Source: a virus. Taken from it: a DNA stretch of 64,000 nucleotides. Below the pieces are notes generated by a model, which saw nothing but the letters and a program-made list of their open reading frames with translations, made no database searches and was not told the DNA's origin. Shown one piece after another: positions 8,881 through 18,185 of the stretch. The translations under genes and the position numbers were made by a program. Within the stretch, counting starts at the first letter, position 1. The number at the start of each line of letters is the position of its first letter. The DNA lies in IMG/VR virus record IMGVR_UViG_3300032164_000006, positions 1-64,000 of that record. One strand, written 5' to 3'.

Positions 8881-8904
8881 CGAAGGGTATTTGTATCCCC
8901 TTCG
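8881..8904 (+). promoter_or_regulatory. intergenic hairpin upstream of the capsid RBS
   Basis: CGAAGGG...CCCTTCG inverted repeat; role (mRNA stability or processing) is inferred. Confidence 0.35.
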
Positions 8905-8942
8905 GGTAATTTAATTTATAGCATTTGGGAGGAGAATTTCAG

Positions 8943-10148
8943 ATGGGTATGTCAAACAAAGAGATCATCAGCAAGGCACAGATCACTACAGATGCTATCG
9001 CCTCCGCTGGTAAACTCAATCCACAGCAAGCAGATAAGTTCATCGACTATGTTTACGACTTAACAGGTCTCAAAAACAAAGTTAGGACAGTTCGGTTCAG
9101 ACCAGACCAACTGGATATCGACAAGATCAATATTGGTCAACGTGCGGCTGTTGCGAAATCAGAAGCAACAGATCCACAGGTTCGTCGTGGCGTTACAACT
9201 TCTAAGGTGACTTTGTCTCCTTTCGAAATCATGGTTCCTTTTGAAATCTCTGATGATTTCATGGAATACAACATCGAAGGCGATGGCATTGAAGATCATG
9301 TTATCCGCATGATGGCAACTCAGCTCGGCAACGACATGGAAGAGCTCTACATCGATGGTGAGAAGCTTGGTCCAGCTAGATTCCAAGGCGACTTGTTTGC
9401 CAACGGATCTTTAGCTCACGCTGTAAAAGATACCTACATGGGTCTTGGCGACGGCTGGCTGAAAAAGGCACGAGGCGGGAACGTTGTTGACGTAGCAGGT
9501 GCAAACATCACTTCTACTGTATTCAGCAACATGATTAACGCGATGCCAGAAAAATACAAAAGAAACAAAGCGAACCTTCGTTTCTTCTGTTCAACAAACA
9601 TCGAACAGAACTACCGTCAAGCAATTGCTTCTCGTATAACTTCTGCTGGTGACAACGCTCTTTCTAGCGAAAGCCGCTTGACTCCATTCGGTATCCCGTT
9701 AGATCCATTCTCCCTCTGGGCATCTACCCCACGAGTTACTGAGCATGTGACCTTAACCGGAACAACTCCAACTTCATTGCTCTTCAAGAACATTGTTGTG
9801 GACAGCGAAGTGGTTGTGCTTTCTAGTCTTGGCGGAACACCGACTGCACCATTTGTTGAAGGTGCACCTGCCGACTATGTTATGGACTACGTCAATGGTA
9901 CAATATCTAGATCAGCAACATCTGGGATTTCTAGTGGTGCTGTCGTTAAGATTACTTATCAGTCTGAAGCACAAATCATGCTTACTGAGTACCGAAACCT
10001 TATCGCAGGTATCGGCCGTGAGATCCGCATCGAAAAAGATAGAGATATCTTCCGTGGTGTGAATCAGTATGCTATTACAGCCAAGGTCTGCATGGAAATT
10101 GAGAACCTAGAAGCTGTAGTTTGGGCAAAGAACATTGGCCTGAAATAA
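8943..10148 (+). CDS. major capsid protein (HK97 fold, XkdG/P2-like)
   Basis: GKLNPQQADKFID, D.MEYNIEG..IEDH..MMATQLGNDME..IDG, REIRIEKDRDI; RBS GGAGGAG 8 nt before ATG 8943. Confidence 0.9.
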   Translation: MGMSNKEIISKAQITTDAIASAGKLNPQQADKFIDYVYDLTGLKNKVRTVRFRPDQLDIDKINIGQRAAVAKSEATDPQVRRGVTTSKVTLSPFEIMVPFEISDDFMEYNIEGDGIEDHVIRMMATQLGNDMEELYIDGEKLGPARFQGDLFANGSLAHAVKDTYMGLGDGWLKKARGGNVVDVAGANITSTVFSNMINAMPEKYKRNKANLRFFCSTNIEQNYRQAIASRITSAGDNALSSESRLTPFGIPLDPFSLWASTPRVTEHVTLTGTTPTSLLFKNIVVDSEVVVLSSLGGTPTAPFVEGAPADYVMDYVNGTISRSATSGISSGAVVKITYQSEAQIMLTEYRNLIAGIGREIRIEKDRDIFRGVNQYAITAKVCMEIENLEAVVWAKNIGLK

Positions 10149-10182
10149 ATTTGGCCTGAAATAAATTTGGACTGAAATGAGA
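10135..10182 (+). repeat. three tandem 16-bp repeats TTGGCCTGAAATAAAT spanning the capsid stop codon
   Basis: Units at 10135 and 10151 are identical; the unit at 10167 is degenerate (TTGGACTGAAATGAGA). Confidence 0.8.
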
Positions 10183-10205
10183 TTGTTCACAATTGGGGAT
10201 AAATA

Positions 10206-10490
10206 ATGAAGCGTTACAATGTAACATTAGATCCTAGCAAGTGTGTTAGCTACACTCTTCCTGATGGTCGGAAGTTTTTACCGAATAGGACTCGGAGTAT
10301 GGACGAGAAGGACATAGAGCCTTTCGTTAAGTCTGGGGTTTTCCACGTCGAATTAGTAGAAGACGACGAAAGAAAAACTCAGGCAAAAAATGCTGGTTTT
10401 CGTAGAAAGAAACCAGCCAACACTGAGGTCAACCACGAGGAAAAACAGACTACCAGTGAGGAGTCGAGAGAAGAAGTAACGGAAGACTAA
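10206..10490 (+). CDS. hypothetical protein
   Basis: ORF with GGGGA RBS after capsid; acidic tail. Confidence 0.6.
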   Translation: MKRYNVTLDPSKCVSYTLPDGRKFLPNRTRSMDEKDIEPFVKSGVFHVELVEDDERKTQAKNAGFRRKKPANTEVNHEEKQTTSEESREEVTED

Positions 10491-10515
10491 CATTTTTCTC
10501 GATAAGGAGACACAA

Positions 10516-10704
10516 ATGAGGGTTCAATACTTGGGTTCGTCTCCCGAAGATGTTGACGGGTTCCCTTCGAATATCGAAAGGACCTTCACAGGTGCTTTAT
10601 ACCTGAAGCCTGGACGAGTATATCTCCTCTCGGCAGCAGAGTATGCGTACATCAAGAAAGTGCGTCCAGAACTTAGATTCGTAGAATTTAAATCTGGTCG
10701 TTAA
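10516..10704 (+). CDS. hypothetical protein
   Basis: RBS AAGGAG. Confidence 0.6.
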   Translation: MRVQYLGSSPEDVDGFPSNIERTFTGALYLKPGRVYLLSAAEYAYIKKVRPELRFVEFKSGR

Positions 10705-10748
10705 TTTTGGTCATCGAGTAGCACACATCTGGGGTCTAGGTTCCTTAT

Positions 10749-11177
10749 TTGGTCATACAAAAGGAGCTAAATACCTTGATAAAGGTAAACAGAAAAGATG
10801 GAAAGACACTATCATTTGATTTATGTAGGGATGAGGAATACTCCGACATCCAAGCAAAATTGGATGACGTATCTTTCTCAAAAGATGTCACTGGGATAAA
10901 CTGTCTATTCAATGCCTTCTGGCATGCGATAACAGTTCCGGTGAATTTTCGTAACATCAAATATGATGTTGAGAAAGTAAAGTTCTCGAAGGGTGGCGTC
11001 GAGAAGATAGTTGGAGAGAAGATAATTTGCCATGCGGACGACGTCCGCTTAACTGTTCTCGTCTACTACAATACGTGTCCAAAGATTGCGAGAATAGAGC
11101 TTAAGAAGATTGGTAAACAAAGATACGTTCCAGTGAGGGGTAAGACCAATGGCACTAACAGAGAAGAAGACATCTAA
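10749..11177 (+). CDS. hypothetical protein
   Basis: ORF in an operon-like run; start codon uncertain. Confidence 0.55.
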   Translation: MVIQKELNTLIKVNRKDGKTLSFDLCRDEEYSDIQAKLDDVSFSKDVTGINCLFNAFWHAITVPVNFRNIKYDVEKVKFSKGGVEKIVGEKIICHADDVRLTVLVYYNTCPKIARIELKKIGKQRYVPVRGKTNGTNREEDI

Positions 11178-11451
11178 CTTTGCGAGCTATAGGGGAGCAC
11201 CCTCTAGTGACACAAACTGGGATAGGGTTTCTTGGGATTTTGATGCACGACACGTTAAGGTTGTGGTGCTTCCGACGTCAACGGTAAACCCCGAGATGTC
11301 TATAGACGGAGCGGACGTTCACGCTAGTTTACAGCGTCCTTCTGCGAGTCAGAACCCGATGGTTTATGAATTCAACGACATAGGCGTTAGTCGGCTTTCC
11401 TTTAGAAAGGTTGGAGCCGTCATTGAAGTCTACGCTTATGGAACGCACTAA
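11149..11451 (+). CDS. small beta-rich virion protein, paralog group 1
   Basis: Shares the S-[IFW]-[DN]-G pattern and terminal beta strand with 11469-11750 and 13223-13552. Confidence 0.6.
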   Translation: MALTEKKTSNFASYRGAPSSDTNWDRVSWDFDARHVKVVVLPTSTVNPEMSIDGADVHASLQRPSASQNPMVYEFNDIGVSRLSFRKVGAVIEVYAYGTH

Positions 11452-11468
11452 GATAAGCGAGAACAAGA

Positions 11469-11750
11469 ATGGCAGTTGGCTCAAATAGTTTTTATTCTAT
11501 TACTGTATCCAACTTGACGTTCGAGCAGATCCCCACAATTGACTTCCCATTTATTTGTCGCACAATCCTCATAGTTCCTGATACCCTAACAGATGGTATA
11601 GAGTATTCGTTTAATGGACGGGAAGTTTGTGGCGTCATCCACTGGGATGACGAAAAATTGGTTATATCTGATACAGAGACAGGACGGATATGGTTCAAAA
11701 CAAACAATCCTAATGGTACAAAGGTAAGGGTTTTCGTGGAGGCTTATTGA
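11469..11750 (+). CDS. small beta-rich virion protein, paralog group 1
   Basis: IEYSFNG..IWFK..VRVFVEAY resembles 11149-11451. Confidence 0.6.
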   Translation: MAVGSNSFYSITVSNLTFEQIPTIDFPFICRTILIVPDTLTDGIEYSFNGREVCGVIHWDDEKLVISDTETGRIWFKTNNPNGTKVRVFVEAY

Positions 11751-12214
11751 TGAATCTTGACCTGACCAAGAAAACCAAAATTATTCAGGGAACCAGCGGA
11801 CACACCCTAGCTGTCAACGCCGACCAATCAATCAACGTCAACGCTGTAAATTCTGCTGGAGTCAACACTCCCATCGACGTGCGTCCACCGACTAGTGTTG
11901 CACTGGTTGAGACAGGCTACACCGAGATTGTGAAATATCCACACATAGATCCAGCCAAGATATTTCAACTTCTACAAATAATGGTTTCTTTTGTTGGGTT
12001 TTCATCCCACTTTGTTGTCGAGCACTATGATGGTGTAACGACAAGAGTGCTTAGAGAATATTGGTTGAATGTCCAAATCCCTTTCTCAGAAAATCTTGGC
12101 GTTCCCATCCCAATTGCAGGGTCTACCGGAGGCTATATTAGGGTGATTGCCAAGATGAATGGTGTCAACCAAACTGGGAAAGGTTATGCTATTATTAACG
12201 GATATCACAACTGA
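11747..12214 (+). CDS. beta-sandwich virion protein, paralog group 2
   Basis: LAVNADQSINVN shaft-like motif plus a C-terminal domain ending INGYHN, similar to the C-terminus of 12501-13208. Confidence 0.6.
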   Translation: MMNLDLTKKTKIIQGTSGHTLAVNADQSINVNAVNSAGVNTPIDVRPPTSVALVETGYTEIVKYPHIDPAKIFQLLQIMVSFVGFSSHFVVEHYDGVTTRVLREYWLNVQIPFSENLGVPIPIAGSTGGYIRVIAKMNGVNQTGKGYAIINGYHN

Positions 12215-12224
12215 GGATGAAGGT

Positions 12225-12482
12225 ATGGCACTACTAGTCTGGGATGAAAAAACATATAAGCTTTACGTCAGATGTAGAACAGATGAGACCTACATTCCGT
12301 CAGAAGACGTTACCGAGTTAGTGGCAGAGGCAAATTCCATATCTGACGAGTATGGTGTTCTTGCTTCCAAACTGACGAAGCTGTTTGATGAGTGCAATAG
12401 GTGGAATGCGGAAAACGACAAAATTTTCGCAAAGAACCTAAGGACACAGAACACTAAAAGTAGATTTGTGAAAAAATCATAA
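12225..12482 (+). CDS. hypothetical protein
   Basis: ATG 12225 after GAGG..AAGG; fills the gap. Confidence 0.5.
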   Translation: MALLVWDEKTYKLYVRCRTDETYIPSEDVTELVAEANSISDEYGVLASKLTKLFDECNRWNAENDKIFAKNLRTQNTKSRFVKKS

Positions 12483-12500
12483 CATTTTTGGAGGTGTTCT

Positions 12501-13208
12501 ATGCAAAGTTTTTCCACCATAGTCGGCCAATATAACTTAACGCTTCTCGGTCTAGCCGACAAGCAACACAGCATCCTAGCGTTGGACATAAAGTCGCGGC
12601 TCATAATAGACCACACAACCTCCTCGACAAAAATTGGTGACGGGACAGATATTGTGCGAGTGCTCACGCACGATGCGGCTGCGAGCGTACCAATAGGTGA
12701 GACTGGATTTGGTATTCTTGCCGTTAGAAATGACGATGAGGGAACCCTTGTGTCGCACGACAAGGATTTCACATTTCTCCAAGTGGACAACCTAGGGAGA
12801 TTGCGTGTGTCGTCGACGGCTCCTGGAGCACAAGGGGACACGTGTGCTGCCGCGACTGGTATCGGTGAAATCCCAGCTGTGGGATTGACTACTTGGGTAG
12901 ACGTTGTCACTATTCCTGTTCCAGTTGGACAACTATACCAGATGGAGGCTTTTGATGCCTCTGCGGATAAGTTATGCCAGTTCCGTGTTATTGAATGGGA
13001 TAGTTCTCAGCTTCCGGGAGCTGAGGTTGTCAAGTATATCCGGAAAATACTCTTGACAGAAAACTTGGGAACTATCCAAATTGTGTTCCCTAGAACTGTT
13101 CAGATCACAGGCGGTGCAACAATCTCGTTGAAGGTACAGGCTTTGAGGTTACGAGGTGGGAGTGTGGATGCGAACGTGTCCGGTGCAGTGAACGGATATT
13201 GGACCTAA
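12501..13208 (+). CDS. beta-sandwich virion protein, paralog group 2
   Basis: RBS GGAGG; LQVDNLGRLRVS shaft-like motif; C-terminus VNGYWT. Confidence 0.65.
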   Translation: MQSFSTIVGQYNLTLLGLADKQHSILALDIKSRLIIDHTTSSTKIGDGTDIVRVLTHDAAASVPIGETGFGILAVRNDDEGTLVSHDKDFTFLQVDNLGRLRVSSTAPGAQGDTCAAATGIGEIPAVGLTTWVDVVTIPVPVGQLYQMEAFDASADKLCQFRVIEWDSSQLPGAEVVKYIRKILLTENLGTIQIVFPRTVQITGGATISLKVQALRLRGGSVDANVSGAVNGYWT

Positions 13209-13222
13209 TATTGAGGGTGTAG

Positions 13223-13552
13223 ATGAAAGAGATTCAAACCGAGATTCAGAACAATCAGGAACGTACAACCGACCAGTGGGAGTCAGCCATTCCCTCGCTT
13301 ACACCTATCGAAGTTGCGACAAGCACTGGTCGGGCAATCCAACTCCTCTACATCTACAGTCCAACAATTGGCGTGAATAGGAACGCTAGCAGCGTGATCA
13401 TCTACATTTCTTGGGATGGGGTGAACTACACGACCATCCAAAGGGGGACATCTTTTTTCTGGACAGGAAAAGGCTATGGACCAAACGGAGATAGGATCAA
13501 GTTGAAGGCGAGTGAGGCTGGAGCAAAATTTGAACTAATGATGGTGAGCTAA
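13223..13552 (+). CDS. small beta-rich virion protein, paralog group 1
   Basis: IIYISWDG..IKLKA..FELMMVS; RBS GAGGG. Confidence 0.6.
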   Translation: MKEIQTEIQNNQERTTDQWESAIPSLTPIEVATSTGRAIQLLYIYSPTIGVNRNASSVIIYISWDGVNYTTIQRGTSFFWTGKGYGPNGDRIKLKASEAGAKFELMMVS

Positions 13553-13554
13553 GT

Positions 13555-14631
13555 ATGTTAAGTGGACACAGAAGCGATAACGAATTAGTGAAGTTCAGTC
13601 CGAGATATGACGACATGAGTTTGTCTCATGGCGGTGTGCTTCGGAACACGCTTATTGGTGAAACTGCCTTTGTGGCTGTGTATGAATATCTCGGTTCGGG
13701 CTATGTCCATGGGTGGAATTTAAACCTAGAAACAAAGGATGGGTGGATAATACAGTTCATTATTGACGGTGAGAATTTGTTCTTGGGATATGATAGGAAC
13801 TACCTACAACCCCAATCAATAAACGTCACACCAACGTCTTTTCTAGTGGCAACGTTCATGACAGTTCAGTTCAATCCAACCAAAGCCAACAACACGCTCT
13901 ATACAATCACAGTCAACGGAACTCCATACAACTACACTTCGGATGCGAACGCTACAGATGCCGAGATTGGGAATGGCTTGGCGAACGCAATCAACGCAAA
14001 TCCAAACGTGGCTGTGATTGCGACAGTTGTTGGTGGACCTGCGAATGATGTTCTATTGACGTCAAAATTCCTAGGTGTTGCGTTCACCTATTCCAACTCG
14101 ACAACCATTGTTGCAACTCCGGGAACAGCCAACGTCCCGATAGAGGTCTATACAGTCACCATCGCAGGTGTTCCATATACTTTCACCTCGGACGGTACAC
14201 CGACAGCGGCTGAGGTTGTTACAGGTCTCACGAACCTTATCAACGCAGATCCACTCTGTCCGGCAATTGCTAGTGGAACCACGGTGCTGAACCTATTTGG
14301 GAAAGTGGGTGGAACGTGGACACATTCTGTGTCAGCAAACATGACGACAGCGGATTTAACCCCGAACCCTTTCCAATATGACTATGATGGTTTATCCATG
14401 ACGGAAATGGGTAATGATGCTTTATATGACTTAGATGGTTATGTGACAGGACTACCCGAGGATTACAGTTGTATTGGATTACACCTTGGAGCCAACGGAA
14501 AAATACTTTGGGGGTTCGGTGGTACTCCACTCCGGTTCCTTCGTTCTGTCAAGATAACGTGTAAAAGACACGTTGCAATGGGAGCGAAAAAGTTCAACGC
14601 TGGATTGATTGCAATCACAAAGGAAACATAG
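13555..14631 (+). CDS. virion protein with two internal sheath-like repeat domains
   Basis: YTITVNGTPYNYTSDANATDAEIGNGLANAINA and YTVTIAGVPYTFTSDGTPTAAEVVTGLTNLINA. Confidence 0.65.
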   Translation: MLSGHRSDNELVKFSPRYDDMSLSHGGVLRNTLIGETAFVAVYEYLGSGYVHGWNLNLETKDGWIIQFIIDGENLFLGYDRNYLQPQSINVTPTSFLVATFMTVQFNPTKANNTLYTITVNGTPYNYTSDANATDAEIGNGLANAINANPNVAVIATVVGGPANDVLLTSKFLGVAFTYSNSTTIVATPGTANVPIEVYTVTIAGVPYTFTSDGTPTAAEVVTGLTNLINADPLCPAIASGTTVLNLFGKVGGTWTHSVSANMTTADLTPNPFQYDYDGLSMTEMGNDALYDLDGYVTGLPEDYSCIGLHLGANGKILWGFGGTPLRFLRSVKITCKRHVAMGAKKFNAGLIAITKET

Positions 14632-15417
14632 ATGAGACTAGATTGGGTCAAATTTAAAGAGCAAGTCATAGCAAGGAACGGCATTATCCAGTGCGTTGAA
14701 ACGCTAGACAGCTACAGGTTATCGACATTCGATGGTGGATTGAGTCACTCTTGTTTGCTTGTAAAAAACCCGACAGATTCAACTGACCTCGATGACTTTG
14801 TAAATAATTTCAAAGCAGGGATAAATCAACCAATCAACCCTAGACCTCTGTTCAATGACGAAAAGAAACAAATTGTATCCATCTCGATGTCCAGCGAGGA
14901 TGCACATTATGAACCTCGCTCCCTAGATTTTTACACAGCCAAGGTTGGCAGTCTGTACAACAGAAAACCCGATGGGATTGGCATAGATGACGGAACAGAC
15001 TACGGAGATGGTTGGCTTGAATTTTTTGATGCTAGTGGGAACGTAATAGACCAAACAAACCAGCAAGCAATTACTGAAAATTGCACAATCACGAAAATGC
15101 AGTTTGAACCAAAGTTTGTCTTCGATATTTTCAGCGGTATTCTGTTCCTAGAAAAGACACCCATAGGGCGAGCATACCTTTGGGTGACGGTGGCTCCCGA
15201 CATACCAGAATCATATGGTGGAAGCGTTCCGTTTATGGCTGGAGGGCTGAACCTGAAAATGCTCTCCGACTATTCTACAGTCAGGTTCGATGCAAAAACA
15301 TCTAAGCAGATTAGTTACAACGAAGATTACCACACTGGTAAGATTGAGATGAAAGTGAAACATGCAGTAGGAGAACAGATTGGTATTCAGATGCTCTATG
15401 AATTCTATAGGCACTGA
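14632..15417 (+). CDS. hypothetical (probable virion) protein
   Basis: 261-aa ORF abutting its neighbours. Confidence 0.6.
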   Translation: MRLDWVKFKEQVIARNGIIQCVETLDSYRLSTFDGGLSHSCLLVKNPTDSTDLDDFVNNFKAGINQPINPRPLFNDEKKQIVSISMSSEDAHYEPRSLDFYTAKVGSLYNRKPDGIGIDDGTDYGDGWLEFFDASGNVIDQTNQQAITENCTITKMQFEPKFVFDIFSGILFLEKTPIGRAYLWVTVAPDIPESYGGSVPFMAGGLNLKMLSDYSTVRFDAKTSKQISYNEDYHTGKIEMKVKHAVGEQIGIQMLYEFYRH

Positions 15418-15419
15418 GT

Positions 15420-15935
15420 ATGAAGATATATTTTTCGACGAACGAGAAGTGGTACTCGAAGCTGATGAGATTTGCAGAAGGATCAGACGTTACACACGTT
15501 GGTCTAGGGTTCTTTGACGACCTCCAGCTTGTCATCGACTGCACAATTCCAAAGGGGTCTTTGTACCACTACAGATATTGGAAGGACAAGTATGAGGTTG
15601 TCCACACGCTAGACATTCCGATGAGTCGGGAGGACGAGGAGTTAGCATATAAGTTAACTCTGGAGATGTGCCTTCTAGTGGAGTACGACAGAAGTGCGTA
15701 TATTTTTGGCCTATACTGGTTGGTGCGGAACAAGATAACTGGCGAAAGGTTTCCAACTAAGAACGTTGGGAACAGAGGCGACAAGTTGATGTGTAGCGAG
15801 GTTTTCATACCAGTGGTTGAAGTTCTTAAGAAGTATGGAATTGACTTGGAGTGTATAGATTTTTCGGTGAAATCTCCGAGAATGCTATATGACCGAATTG
15901 TTGAAGAAATGAGAGATAGCGAACTGTGGAGATAA
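15420..15935 (+). CDS. permuted papain-like NlpC/P60 (YiiX/YebB-like) enzyme
   Basis: His before Cys: THVGL ... EYD ... KLMCSEV, the circularly permuted NlpC/P60 signature. Confidence 0.7.
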   Translation: MKIYFSTNEKWYSKLMRFAEGSDVTHVGLGFFDDLQLVIDCTIPKGSLYHYRYWKDKYEVVHTLDIPMSREDEELAYKLTLEMCLLVEYDRSAYIFGLYWLVRNKITGERFPTKNVGNRGDKLMCSEVFIPVVEVLKKYGIDLECIDFSVKSPRMLYDRIVEEMRDSELWR

Positions 15936-15938
15936 CGT

Positions 15939-16457
15939 ATGAAAGTGGTTAGGATTTTGAATAAAGAGTACGCAAAGAAATTTGCCAATGGCTTTCATTC
16001 CAAATCTGGCTATCTGCTTCCATACATGACCTTCCTAGAAAATGCTACCTTCGCAGTCAAAAAGTTTGACAACACCCTCCACGGTGGGATGTGCTTTATT
16101 GAGGACAAGAGCAAGTTTAGAGTACTCAGGCAGATTCCACCCGACTCAAAGATAACATGGATAAACGAAAATATTATCTGTGAGTTAACTGCATTCTGGG
16201 TAGACAACAAAGCTGCATATATCCCAATCCTATCCAAGATTACTTGGTATGTGCTGTGGAGCAAGAAGAAATATTTTGTCTATTCTTACGCAACAGACTG
16301 TCGTAAATTACAGGATTACTACTCTAGAGGCAAACCAGTCCTTCTCTATTCTGGACAGATGACGACGGGATCTGAGGAGAACGTCGAGTGCTTGAGCAAG
16401 CTAGGGATTGTTAGAATATTTGTGAGTAACATTTTAAAATCAATGAGGTTCTGGTAA
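15939..16457 (+). CDS. hypothetical protein, possible GNAT/acyltransferase-like fold
   Basis: LHGGMCFI..ICELTAFWVD..LQDYY pattern is reminiscent of N-acyltransferases; weak. Confidence 0.4.
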   Translation: MKVVRILNKEYAKKFANGFHSKSGYLLPYMTFLENATFAVKKFDNTLHGGMCFIEDKSKFRVLRQIPPDSKITWINENIICELTAFWVDNKAAYIPILSKITWYVLWSKKKYFVYSYATDCRKLQDYYSRGKPVLLYSGQMTTGSEENVECLSKLGIVRIFVSNILKSMRFW

Positions 16458-16855
16458 TGTGGGAAAGCGTACTGAAAATTGAGAAAGCAACATGGTCTAC
16501 CGCTTATGTAAACTCTCTTCCAGATACTGCCTTTGCGTATATTGAGGCTGATGGAGAGAAGGACGAAGAGGGGAAAACCAAGCCAAGGTCGCTCAGGCAT
16601 CTACCACACCACAACGCAAGTGTAAAGTTTGGATCTGAGAAGGAATCTGTTGACCTTCCCCATCTACGGAACGCAATGGCTAGGCTGGAGCAAACTAACA
16701 TTTCAGATGAAGCGAAGAGAGAAGCAAAAAATCATTTGGAAATGCACGAAAAACAGTGGGACGTTGGTGAGGCTGGAAATGCTGATGATGTGGAGATGGG
16801 TTGCGGTGGAAAAGACAAGAAGACCAAAAAATCACTATGGGGAGATTTGATATAA
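16457..16855 (+). CDS. head-associated protein (DUF6582-like domain)
   Basis: WSTAYVNSLPDTAFAYIE..RHLPHH..HLRNAMARL domain of the kind seen in phage head proteins; C-terminal KKSLWGDLI. Confidence 0.6.
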   Translation: MWESVLKIEKATWSTAYVNSLPDTAFAYIEADGEKDEEGKTKPRSLRHLPHHNASVKFGSEKESVDLPHLRNAMARLEQTNISDEAKREAKNHLEMHEKQWDVGEAGNADDVEMGCGGKDKKTKKSLWGDLI

Positions 16856-17781
16856 TGGATAACATTGGAAATTATGTTACACCACAGGAGCTATTCGACA
16901 GACTGTATCCGTCTCCGTATGTCTCTTATCGAAGTAAAGTTGTGCTCGCGGATAAGAACATCGACGAGTTTACCTACGCTGGAAGCACGTTCGTTCTGGC
17001 TGTCGGAGACATAATTTGCCAAGGTGAGTACTCGGCTGAAGTTACAAAAATACTGGCTGGAGTGATAACTCTGTCTGACGCAGAAGATATTTTAGATGGT
17101 TCAGCCGTTGCCTATAGAACAACACAGAGCCTAGCAACGTGGGATGCAATGATTTTGCGGAACATGCAGATCATTGATTTCCACACTGGCCAGTGGTTCA
17201 ACAAGAGAGAATTCACTGGAGATGGCAAGCTACAAGTAGAGGGTAATGGTTCGTATCTACTCCATTTTTCTGTTCCAATAATTTCTATCTCCACAATCAA
17301 GCACTCCAATGAGTACGACGTGGTTGATCCGAAGGAATACATGGTATTTCGTTCTAGGGTTATCCCAGACGACAGACGCAATCCAAAGGTCAAGCTTCTG
17401 CGTGGTTCGTTTTATAAGCACAGTTTCACCGAGATAGAGGGTGCCTTTGGCTGGCTAGAGCAGGATGGGACCACACCACAGCTCATAAAAGATGCAGTCT
17501 CTAGGTTGATAATGCTTGGATTGACGAAAGACCCAATGCAGACGGCATCCAACCCAATCAAGTCTGAGAAGACTGACCTCCATGAAATCCAGTACGCTGT
17601 TTCCGCGACATCACTCGCTAGCGACCAAAATTCAGGTAGGACTGGAGATCCAGAGGTAGACAGAATAATCCAACTGTATAAGTCCCCATTCTCTATAGGT
17701 GGAACAGAAGCAAGTGTTAAGTTGAACAATTCAACATACTATGATTACGAGGATTCCCTATGGTCAAGCCGAACTTATTGA
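16855..17781 (+). CDS. head-tail adaptor/connector protein
   Basis: N-terminal YVTPQEL, IIDFHTGQWF, FGW..TPQLIKDA..IKSEKT..VDRIIQLYK pattern of gp6/gp15-like adaptors; ATG 16855. Confidence 0.65.
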   Translation: MDNIGNYVTPQELFDRLYPSPYVSYRSKVVLADKNIDEFTYAGSTFVLAVGDIICQGEYSAEVTKILAGVITLSDAEDILDGSAVAYRTTQSLATWDAMILRNMQIIDFHTGQWFNKREFTGDGKLQVEGNGSYLLHFSVPIISISTIKHSNEYDVVDPKEYMVFRSRVIPDDRRNPKVKLLRGSFYKHSFTEIEGAFGWLEQDGTTPQLIKDAVSRLIMLGLTKDPMQTASNPIKSEKTDLHEIQYAVSATSLASDQNSGRTGDPEVDRIIQLYKSPFSIGGTEASVKLNNSTYYDYEDSLWSSRTY

Positions 17782-18185
17782 ACGCAATTCTGGTTGAGTT
17801 CAAGCAGATAAACAGAAAAGACACAGTATGGGATGACAAAAAGAAACAACCCTCTGGTGTCATCGTGTGGGAAAAACCATTCAAGACCAATGCTCAAATA
17901 TATTTTGGAAAAGATAAATACTGGAGTGCCGCGACAGCAACACCAGACCCTAGGTCCATGGGTGGAATTGTCCAAGAGTCAGATGGGTATGTCATGGTCC
18001 GCAAGTTTGATTTACAGAGCATTGGAAAAGAGCTGAAAGCTGGGGATGTTATCACCGGATATGGCAGGACAGGCGAAAATGTGAAGTGCGAGCTCCTACT
18101 CATCGGGATGAAAAATGCAGCACACTACGCAGACATGGGACAGTGTACGTTAGAGAGATGGTACTTTAGGGAGAGGAATGGCTGA
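17760..18185 (+). CDS. head closure/neck protein
   Basis: Size, position and DGYV..DL..LKAGDVI pattern. Confidence 0.55.
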   Translation: MVKPNLLNAILVEFKQINRKDTVWDDKKKQPSGVIVWEKPFKTNAQIYFGKDKYWSAATATPDPRSMGGIVQESDGYVMVRKFDLQSIGKELKAGDVITGYGRTGENVKCELLLIGMKNAAHYADMGQCTLERWYFRERNG

